This document shows positions 1 to 10,100 of a DNA stretch of 64,000 bases, piece after piece. The notes under the pieces were generated by a model. It made no database searches. It saw nothing but the letters and a program-made list of their open reading frames with translations, and was not told the origin of the DNA. The stretch covers positions 124,001 to 188,000 of the forward strand of contig NIVC01001096.1 of the NCBI GenBank assembly GCA_002269645.1. Reading direction: 5' to 3'. This DNA is from Macrostomum lignano (lineage: Eukaryota). Position numbers and translations under genes: made by a program. Each line of letters begins with the position of its first letter. The stretch's first letter is position 1.

Positions 1-860
1 GAGAGAAGGGAGAGGAGAGAAGGGAGAGGAGAGAAGTGAGTGGAGAGAAGGGAGAGAAGAGAAGGGAGAGGAGAGAAGTGAGTGGAGAGAAGGGAGAGGA
101 GAGAAGGGAGAGGAGAGAAGTGAGTGGAGAGAAGGGAGAGGAGAGAAGGGAGAGGAGAGAAGTGAGTGGAGAGAAGGGAGAGGAGAGAAGGGAGAGGAGA
201 GAAGGGAGAGGAGAGAAGGGAGAGGAGAGAAGGGAGAGGAGAGAAGGGAGAGGAGAGAAGGGAGTGGAGAGAAGGGAGAGGAGAGAAGGGAGAGGAGAGA
301 AGTGAGTGGAGAGAAGGGAGAGGAGAGAAGGGAGAGGAGAGAAGGGAGTGGAGAGAAGGGAGAGAAGAGAAGGGAGAGGAGAGAAGTGAGTGGAGAGAAG
401 GGAGAGGAGAGAAGGGAGAGGAGAGAAGGGAGAGGAGAGAAGGGAGAGGAGAGAAGGGAGAGGAGAGAAGGGAGAGGAGAGAAGGGAGTGGAGAGAAGGG
501 AGAGGAGAGAAGGGAGAGGAGAGAAGTGAGTGGAGAGAAGGGAGAGGAGAGAAGGGAGAGGAGAGAAGGGAGTGGAGAGAAGGGAGAGAAGAGAAGGGAG
601 AGGAGAGAAGTGAGTGGAGAGAAGGGAGAGGAGAGAAGGGAGTGGAGAGAAGGGAGAGGAGAGAAGGGAGAGGAGAGAAGGGAGAGGAGAGAAGGGAGAG
701 GAGAGAAGGGAGAGGAGAGAAGGGAGAGGAGAGAAGGGAGAGGAGAGAAGGGAGAGGAGAGAAGGGAGAGGAGAGAAGTGAGTGGAGAGAAGGGAGAGGA
801 GAGAAGGGAGAGGAGAGAAGGGAGAGGAGAGAAGGGAGAGGAGAGAGGAGAGGGGAGAGA
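1..860. repeat. Polypurine minisatellite, 14-bp unit GGAGAGGAGAGAAG, presumably in intron 3 of plastin-like gene 1
   Basis: Near-pure A/G tandem array. It explains the E/R/G ORFs 36-945. Confidence 0.95.
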
Positions 861-929
861 GGAATCGGTGTTAATCTACTGGCCTAATTTTCGGAAAGGT
901 ATATATTACACGCAATCCTGCCGGCGCAG

Positions 930-2553
930 GTGTGGGACGCCATGATCCCGGATCCGTGCCTTGGAAGCAAGTCAAACTGCAGCAGTTTGTAAACACTGCT
1001 AGACGCAAGTTCAGCATGATTTCGAATTGCGATATAGCGGTTAAAATCGGGGACAAAAACGGGATATCAAAGAATGTCTGCTCGTCAGGCAATATTACGG
1101 CCGGAGAAACCAAGTACATCGCGTCCTTCGTGTTTCTCATGATGCGGCTGCACGCTCAGCTGCTTCGCAAAGGCATCATTGGTGGGCCTAAAAAAGTTGC
1201 GGAACTTGACGACAACGGGTTGACGAAATGGTTCAACGAAAGCATGGAGAAATACGGCAGCACTTTTCGGTTGAAGAGTTTAGAGGTGAGCTCAGTCTTT
1301 TGTATACATTTAGCTGGGTCTGAGCCCAGCTCTGAGCTTTCATCTTATCTGAGTACGGCAAATTTGAGCTGGATCTCAGCTTGCTGACACGGTGTCTGTC
1401 TTAACCAGTAATATCAATCCGAATTAGCTGCACACTAACAACCGCTAAGGGGGCCGGCGACTCAGGCTCGAATTCTTCGGTCTAAATTGGAATCTCGGCT
1501 TGGCTTTGCTCGAGCAATTAACGTCCTTGAAGACCAACCCCAAGGCACAGTGAAGTGTACATGCCGATAACGATAAATAGTTAGGGCCGCTGTACACTCC
1601 TGTGTGAGTGTGCGCCTGTGCGTTTGACTGCGTGCGTAAACGCGCGCTTGTGTGCCTCTGTAGGGAGTCGTCTTAACTGTCGATTGTGTAGTCGGTTCTG
1701 TCGATTGTGTAGTCGGTTCTGTCGGTTGTGTAGTCGGTTCTGTCGATTGTGTAGTCGGTTCTGTCGATTGTGTAGTCGGTTCTGTCGGTTGTGTAGTCGG
1801 TTCTGTCGATTGTGTAGTCGGTTCTGTCGATTGTGTAGTCGGTTCTGTCGATTGTGTAGTCGGTTCTGTCGATTGTGTAGTCGGTTCTGTCGATTGTGTA
1901 GTCGGTTCTGTCGGTTGTGTAGCAAGTTCGCTTAAGCACACAGCCCCCTGCCTCTGATAACAAACTAGCGTCCGCCAAGTCAACTTAAAAACAGCTAGCG
2001 ACCTCCAGATATGTCAAAGGGGATATAATAGTCAGAAATGCCATCTGTCCATGTCTCACTAGACCACAATGGGACAACATGGAATGAAATGTTGGATAAA
2101 AGCTAGTGAAATTATTAACTCCAAATTTCCCAGGATCCGTCGCTAAAGAGCACAAACGCTCTTGGCTACTTTGGCGAGCGAGTCCTAGTTGAGAACAATC
2201 TGTGCTCAAGCGGTCCCGCCGACTTTCCAAGAAAACCGAAAGCCACAGCTAAGAGCGCCAACGCGATCGATATCAGCTTGGCCGACGCCGACGACGAGAC
2301 TGCTGCTCAAGATGAAGCACAGCAGCAGCAATCCGACGCTAACAACTCGGGCGAGGGCGCGTGGCTGTTCAACAGCGTCGAGCAGGTGTCGTCGGATCCG
2401 GCGCTGCTCACAAAGTTCTCGGTGACGGCCATCCTCATGTTCAACAAGGCCGGCGTGATTGTCTATGCCAGCAAGCTGGGACCGGAGACGGACTTGTCGG
2501 TCTATCGGAGCGTCCTGATGGAGCTGAACGCTTTGTCGCTCAAGACCAACTGA
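930..2553 (+). CDS. Plastin/fimbrin-like gene 1, last two exons only (CH3-CH4), with a 1-nt frameshift
   Basis: Exons 930-1285 (cgcag|GTG..GAG|gtgag) and 2134-2553 (cccag|GAT..TGA). Paralogous to genes 2 and 3. Exon 4 is 356 nt versus 357 nt in both paralogs (one C short at 947-949). AATAAA at 2648. The 5' exons lie outside the window. Confidence 0.8.
1455..1670 (+). mobile_element. Dispersed repeat, probable tRNA-derived SINE family B (partial copy)
   Basis: Clearly similar to 10405-10610 (aatctcggcttggct..ccaaggcacagtgaagtgtacatgccg..tgcgcttgtgtg..gggagtcg). Confidence 0.65.
1677..1921. repeat. 21-bp minisatellite CTGTCGATTGTGTAGTCGGTT (~11.5 copies)
   Basis: Period of 21 read directly. 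Lies in intron 4 of gene 1. Confidence 0.95.
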
Positions 2554-2849
2554 CGTGTGATCTGCTCAAGTCTGCTCAAGCCACAGAATCTCTTTGAGTT
2601 CATATATAATTAATACCGAAGGCACCGTTTCAATCGAGCAAATACTAAATAAAAAAGCTTAGTTACTAGCGTGTGCCTAATTCGTGTTGAAAACAACTCA
2701 ATTTAAGTTTTCTTTTTGATTGTTGGCTACACGCAATGATTAATATTTGTTTTTGTTTACTGAACTTTTGACAAGGTGACAGGGTCGCGCCTAACAAGAG
2801 ACAGGGTCCCCCACCATGAGACAGGTGCATCCGCTTGAAGAGAGAGGGG

Positions 2850-3292
2850 CCACCAAGAGTCAGAGTCACCCACCAAGAGTCAGAGTCACCCACCAAGAGT
2901 CAGAGTCACCCACCAAGAGTCAGAGTCACCCACCAAGAGTCAGAGTCACCCACCAAGAGTCAGAGTCACCCACCAAGAGTCAGAGTCACCTACCAAGAGT
3001 CAGAGTCACCCACCAAGAGTCAGAGTCACCTACCAAGAGTCAGAGTCACCCACCAAGAGTCAGAGTCACCTACCAAGAGTCAGAGTCACCCACCAAGAGT
3101 CAGAGTCACCCAACAAGAGTCAGAGTCACCCAACAAGAGTCAGAGTCACCCACCAATAGTCAGAGTCACCCAACAAGAGTCAGAGTCACCCAACAAGAGT
3201 CAGAGTCACCCAACAAGAGTCAGAGTCACCCAACAAGAGTCAGAGTCACCCACCAAGAGTCAGAGTCACCCACCAAGAGTCAGAGTCACTCA
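2850..3292. repeat. 20-bp minisatellite CAGAGTCACCCACCAAGAGT (~22 copies)
   Basis: Period of 20 read directly. Intergenic between genes 1 and 2. Confidence 0.95.
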
Positions 3293-3612
3293 GCAAAGCT
3301 TCTACACTTTTGATCTGTCGATTTGTTTGTCTATGACCTGTTTCTTAAGACAGTTGATTGCAAAGATTGCTCATTAAGTACCAAATTGTATGTTTTGTAC
3401 GAGTATTTCAGTTGTTTTACTAAGCCCCGACACAAGCAATAGCTGGGGCATCAACGGCCATAGAGATCGTGCCGCTGTTACACCAGCCTGTTGGGCCATT
3501 TTAACTACATTGTTTTTCTACGAGCCGTCTAATTAATCGAGCACGCCAAGATTAAGCGCACGGAGCTCGGATTTTAACTGAAGCAATCAATTTGAAGCAT
3601 TCAAGCAACATC

Positions 3613-6398
3613 ATGTCGATAACTAAGGGCTACATCAACGGAAAGTTTATCATGGTTATTGATATTGAATCTAGGAAGGAGGTAAGAATGACTTCGTCCC
3701 TAAGTAAAGTCATACTGAGCTCTGAATTTGATACCGTTTTGCTTTGCTCAACTCGCAGGACGAGCAGGCGAAGGCGCAGCCTCAGCCGCTCACGGAGACC
3801 AGTGTCCGTGAAAAATACGCTTACGACATGTACTGCATGGTGGAGCACTTCAACAGCCTACTCAAAGGTAACTCATTGGCGGCTGGCTTCCTCCCGCTCA
3901 CCGAAGTCAGCGTGTTCTCTCGGATCTACGAAGGCGTTCTACTGTGCGCCTTGGCCAACCTGCTCAAGCCGAACTTTGTGGACGAGAAGAGCGTCGTGGT
4001 GAAAGAGGAGCTGCTCGACAACTCGGCCGACGGGGAGCTGCGCAAGATGGAGAACCGCAACATCGGCATCACGGCGCTCCGGACTCTGGGCGTGTACATG
4101 GACTCCGAAACGGCTGAGTGGATCAAGATGGACACCCCGTTCGAGATGACGGGTCTTCTAGTCCAGGTTCTGAGGCTGGCCACTGTCGGGCGAATGCACT
4201 TTCAGAACTTTGAGATTCTGGTTCACCTGTTCGACGGCTGGTCCGAGCCTGAGGAAGCTGGGTGAGAATGTGGCTCAGGAGTGTCTGAAAAAGTACATCC
4301 TATTGCAACTTCCGTATGATACATGCCAGAGGCATCGGTGAGCTTAAATTAGTGTCCCAACCAGATCAGAGTCTTTTTATCTGTCACAATTGGCAAATTG
4401 TTTTACCGAATCGAATCTAACTATACTACCTCAATGCGATTTTTCTAGCTTGATTCTAGCCACCGACCGTGAGACAATGCTACTAATCTGGATCAATTAT
4501 CAGCTGAAAAAAGCTGGCTCAGACATCAAACTCGCAGATCTTGGTGAAAGTTTGGCTGACTCAAAAGTGTACTCAACACTGTTGTGGACAGTGGCCCCTG
4601 AGGCTCAGCGAGCTTCGCTGACATCCGCTAAAGACATCATGAAGGAGACGGATCTGACCAAGCGAGCCGAGCTTGTCATTGCCAACGCTGAGAAACTGGG
4701 AATTTCCGGCGTGTTGAGGCCTGAGCACATTGCCACAGCTGGGAAACTGGGTATAAGCAACTCAAAAGGATTGCACAACATTGTTCTCAACATGGCTTTT
4801 TTCTATCGCATATTTGCTGCTTATCCCAATATCGATGTACCGAAGATGAAGGACAAACCAGCAGGCAAAGAAGCTGCATCGACCCCGGAGCAGCAGGTAC
4901 AGGAGTCGTGCAAATACGGCGTCTCAGAAGAGACTCTAATCCGCTGGCTGAACTCCTTCGGTCCATCGAGTCCCGTTGTGTCACTGCAAACTGACCTGCG
5001 CAACGGGCGAGTGCTGCTTGAGGTGAGTCACATTGACGAGTCTTGGATTATTACAGAGAATTTTCAGACTCTTTGCTTGGATTCGTTGGGCTTGTCACGT
5101 AATTGTTTCATCCGTTAGGCGTCTCGCCCTCTTCAGAATTCAAAAGATATGGGGACGGAATTGTACGTAGTAGGAGTTTGAATTGTCTGGGATGTACGTG
5201 TACGAGTACAATCGACATGTAATGAAAGGCGTTGCATGTCGATTCTCGTAGCACCTGTACGTCCCTACGAACTTGACGTTTTGCTACGCTGGCATCGAAA
5301 CATAAAACATGATTTTTTCCCACTGCATTCGTTAGGTTTGGGACGCGATGTTTCCCGGCAGTGTTCCGTGGAAAAAAGTGAAGCTTGAACACTTTGAAAT
5401 GTTTGCTAGGCGCAAATTTAACTGGATAGCTAACTGCGACATTGCTATTAGCATCGGCGAGAAGCACGGCATCTCGAAGAATGTCTGCTCGTCTGGTAAC
5501 ATTGCGGCGGGAGAGACCAAGTACATCGCGTCCATGGTGTTTCTCATGATGCGCCTGCACTCTCAGTTAACTAGACAGCGGGCCATCGGCGGATCTAAAA
5601 AAGTTGCCGAACTCGACAACCAAAGTCTGGTGAAGTGGTTCAACGAGAGCATGGAGAAGTACGGGAGCGCATTTCGTCTAAAAACTTTAGAGGTAAGTTG
5701 TCCAACCAACGCGGACCAGGCAAATAAAAATATTGGTTTTATCGATGTGCTTTCATTCACGAATGTCAACTTCAGTCTAGGAAACAGCTTCCCAGAACAT
5801 AATAGGATGTGGATTTGCAAAACAATTACCTATCAACAGGTACATCTACATCTCGTGGCTAAAAAAATAAAATAGTTCCTGGAATTTCAATTGGAATTGC
5901 ATAAATAAATTACAAAATTAAACTTGTGCACACTAAGGCTAATTTGTAACTCACTCGCAATTACCCTTAATCCCCCAGGATCCGTCGCTAAAGAGCACAA
6001 ACGCTCTGGGCTACTTTGGCGAGCGAGTCCTAGTTGAGAACAATCTGTGCTCAAGCGGTCCCGCCGACTTTCCAAGAAAACCGAAAGCCACAGCTAAGAG
6101 CGCCAACGCGATCGATATCAGCTTGGCCGACGCTGACGAAGAGACTGCTGCTCAAGATGAAGCACAGCAGCAGCAATCCGACGCTAACAACTCGGGTGAG
6201 GGCGCATGGCTGTTCAACAGCGTCGAGCAGGTGTCGTCGGATCCGGCGCTGCTCACAAAGTTTTCGGTGACGGCCATCCTCATGTTCAACAAGGCCGGCG
6301 TGATTGTCTATGCCAGCAAGCTGGGACCGGAGACGGACTTGTCGGTCTATCGGAGCGTCCTGATGGAGCTGAACGCTTTGTCGCTCAAGACCAACTGA
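3613..6398 (+). CDS. Plastin/fimbrin-like actin-bundling protein gene 2 (4 CH domains, no EF-hand), 5 exons, 640 aa
   Basis: Exons 3613-3681, 3759-4261, 4449-5022, 5336-5692, 5979-6398. All introns GT-AG, phases 0/2/0/0, total 1923 nt. Plastin-like motifs: GVLLCALANLLKPNFVDEK (CH1), LLIWINYQL..LADSKVY (CH2), EETLIRWLNS..NCDIAISIG (CH3), AILMFNKAGVIVYA (CH4 end). In-frame TAA upstream at 3553, AATAAA at 6529. Confidence 0.88.
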
Positions 6399-7171
6399 CG
6401 TGTGATCTGCTCAAGTCTGCTCAAGCCAGAGAGTCTCTTTGAGTTCATAAAAGCTATCTATTGAGAAAAATTTAAGCTTTATAAAATTGTAAAATGGCAA
6501 AAACTGTCAACAAGCAACATTTCAATTGAATAAAGTTCAACTTAAGTTTTAACAACTAAAAATATCTTCCGCTTCAATTTTAACTGGCTCTTTAGTTAAA
6601 AGGATGCTTGATCCCACCAATATGATGTTGAATCTATTTGCTCAACATAGGTGAACGTGTGGTGACTGCTGTCCGTTCGGAACTCCGGCCTCTGTCACCC
6701 AAGTTTACGGAAATGAGCCATGCAGGGGCTAAAATACACCGGGGATTGTAATGCGCTGACACTACGTACAGATTGCCTATAGTGGCGTTGGGATGAGCAG
6801 AATGAAAAACCTGATCTGGATCCAAAGGTAAAAGACAAGAGAAGACGGAAACATGGTCTGACCAAGCAGCGCCATTATGACGCCTAGAAAACGTTGGGAT
6901 TAAAGATAAATACAAATCGACAAAAAATTCGACAAAAAGTATAATGATCTTTTCAAAAGAATAGTAGGAATTAGCTCTTGACTTACTGAGTTAAAATTTC
7001 TCGCAGTTTTGCGTACTGAAGTAAGTTCATCGTTGTTTATGGTAAAACTTGCTACATCTTGCTTGTGCGTTTTAAAAGGCACTTTTGCAAAGCAAAACCA
7101 TTTTTTTAACAAGCGTAGTTCCACACGCAAACAACTTCACATAATACACTCGGACATCTCAATAAGGCAAA

Positions 7172-10100
7172 ATGGCGACACATGTAAACTTCATCAATGG
7201 AACAACATTTACGCATATTGAAAAAACCATAATAAGAAGCGAGTTTACGGTAAGGAATTGAAAAGGTTTACTTAACGTATATTTATTACGCCTGCATCGT
7301 TTGGGCCAGATGTGCAACCGACAGCTCAGCCGCAGCTATTGCGCGGTGCATGTGAAGGCTGCGTACGGCTGTTCAGTCCAAGGACTGGGGCTGGGGGGTC
7401 GCCACACACCTCAATTACCCCAGCTAATGCTGGCACCCGTTTTACAGCTGTGTGAACTGAAGCAATGCAAAGTTAAGTGTCTTACTTAAGGACACAAATT
7501 GTTCCGAGTGGGATCGGGAATCGAACCCCCGACCTTTCAGTCATGAGTCCGAGGCTCTGACCACTAGGCTAAAACCTCCATGTTTACTGGAGCAAGTGTT
7601 GAATACGAGCTAATATGCAGCAAAGCCATATTTTCAATAACCGAGAAACTAGCACGCGTTAAAGACAATCTAATTTACCCTTTACCTACTGCTTTTTGGC
7701 CCTAATTTCCAGATTTTCATCAATAGTGAAAGTGAGCAGTCCAAGCCCATACCGATCTCGGAAACGATTGTTCGCAAACAATTCGGATTTGACATGGTCT
7801 GCATGGTTGAGCATTTTAACAGAGTGCTGAAGGACATCACTCTGGCAACCAGCTGTGTACCTCTAACTGAGGTGAGCATCTTCTACAAAGCCTACGAAGG
7901 CATCCTGCTCTGCGCTTTGGCCAATCTGCTCAAGCCGGATTCGGTAGACGAAAAAACCATCACCTTGAAACCGGAGCTGCTGGACGATTCGCCAGACGGA
8001 GAGTTGAGAAAAATTGAGAATCGCAATATCGGCATCACAGCCCTGCGCTCTCAGGGTGTCTGCATCAGCAGGCAGTCTGCCGCGATGGTTAATATTCACG
8101 TGCCGTCTACCATTGCGGCTATTCTCGTTCAGGTGCTCCGGCGAGTCACTCTGGGCCGGATGCACTTTCAAAGCTTTGAGGTGTTGGTTCACCTTTTCGA
8201 CGGCTGGTCAAGCGCAGAGGAGGCCAGGTGAGATTGGTAATAAATGTGGCTTCTTCAAGTTTATGTTGATAAAATAGTTCCAATTTTTTTATTTTTCTGA
8301 AACTTGCGTTGGAGACTTATGGGGCACCCAAAATTATAAAAATGCAAAAAAAGTGTAGAAAATTACCTGTACGGTTGATGCAATCACAATTTACTCGATT
8401 CCCTATTCTCTTAATGAGGTTCGGTGAGAAAAAGTTTCTACGAATACATTTTTGAAAGTGTATCCACTAGACTTTTTATCTAATAGCACATGTGCTAGAA
8501 CTTCATTAGGCCAATTAAAGATGAATATTAATATCTACAAATTAATATGCAATTGTCTTTTACGTTCGCTGATAATAGTTTTTCAATTTAGTTATAATGC
8601 ATAGACAGTGCCACGTCACTGTTCGCTTTTTTTAAAAAACTGCCACGTCACGACCGGCTCGATCTTTGCACTACCACTTTCACTGCACCCAGCCAAAGCA
8701 ACGTTCGCAACTTTAAAGCATTTCGCACCTCAAAACCAATTACTGTACAAGGCTAGATTACTAATTCTATTGTATTAAGGCAGTAACAGCACTTGATTTT
8801 GGTAAGCAAATTCATTTAGATAAAGTTATAGAATTCAACCAACTTCTAACATAATTATGTTGACTCTTTGGTGGATTCTCTCTTTTCTCGTGTCGTGGAG
8901 TTACAACCCCTCCCCCCCCCCTATTAGAATTGGAATTTATCAGCACAATCTTGAATAGGTCTCCATGTCTCTATTCAAGTTTATGTTGATAAAATCAATC
9001 CCCATGAAGAATCTCCCCACCCTAAAACCCCCCATTCCCCATGCCCCGGTGGTTGGCTTTAAGCTACATATAATTGGGTTAAAGCTACCTAAAAATGGAG
9101 CTCAAATTTGAAATCAGCACCATCAAAAACCCCTAGAGAGACAAAATTATGATCCTATAAAAATTGAAACTATTTTATCAACATAAACTTGAAGAAGTCC
9201 AATAAATGTTCTACTTGTTTGTATCAGTAGTGCAACTGCATGGCTCTATCGTCAGATAACAAATCTCCCGATGATGCAATCACAATGGTTGTAAAACTCG
9301 CAATCATTCAAACGATGTGCTTTGAATGGAAGCAATCACAACTAGACATTGCCTTACAAAAGACTATCTTCACTTGCTGCATTTTAAACGAATGTATACG
9401 TAGGTTGGTTGGTTTAAAACCGAGAGTGACTGCGTGCAGTGCTTGTATGTGCTCAGGAGCCAGCGGCATGGGCAGAATTGCCTCTACGCTGGTTCTGTAC
9501 TGTAGGTCGACTCTGCTGCAAATAGTTATTATATAAAACCTATAACTCTCAAGCTGCTTCGTTAATTTCTTTATTAAAAAAATCATTCGACACGAATATA
9601 GTTCTCGTTGCCTTCTCTCCCTTTGCTTCAATCTGTGTTGCGTCAGTGCGATTCTGGCTACCGATCGAGAGAAGATGCTGCTGATCTGGATCAATCACCT
9701 GTTGAAAAAGGCCAGCACGGATCTGCAGCTGACTAATCTTGGAGCAAACTTGGCCGACTCAAAAGTGTACTCAATTCTACTCTGGACAGTGGCGCCCGAG
9801 GCTCAGAGAGCTTCGCTAACATCTTCCGAAGACGTCATGAAGGAGACGGATTTGACGAAGCGAGCCGAGCTAGTTGTTGCCAACGCTGAAAAATTGGGCA
9901 TTACCGGGATTTTGAGGCCCGAGCACATTGTGAAAGTTGGCAAAGATTCCGCAATTACCTTTGTAGGCCTGAAGAATATTGTGCTCAATTTGGCATTTCT
10001 GTTTCGCATATTTGTCGCTTACCCGAACATCGATGTGCCCAAGATGAAGGACTTGCCGTCTGCTGCTTCTAAAAAGGCCGCCGCAGTGGCGCCGATGCAG

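Noticed and set aside
36-945. E/R/G-rich ORFs
   Set aside because: Translation of a purine-only repeat that cannot contain stop codons for most of its length.
6634-6915. Candidate first exon of plastin-like gene 3 near 6783-6827
   Set aside because: No in-frame ATG; 7172-7249 fits better (homologous ING motif, GTAAG donor, phase 0).
7500-7579. tRNA gene candidates (also 10323-10390 and 42830-42890)
   Set aside because: They have A/B boxes but no complete cloverleaf, and they continue into shared SINE bodies.
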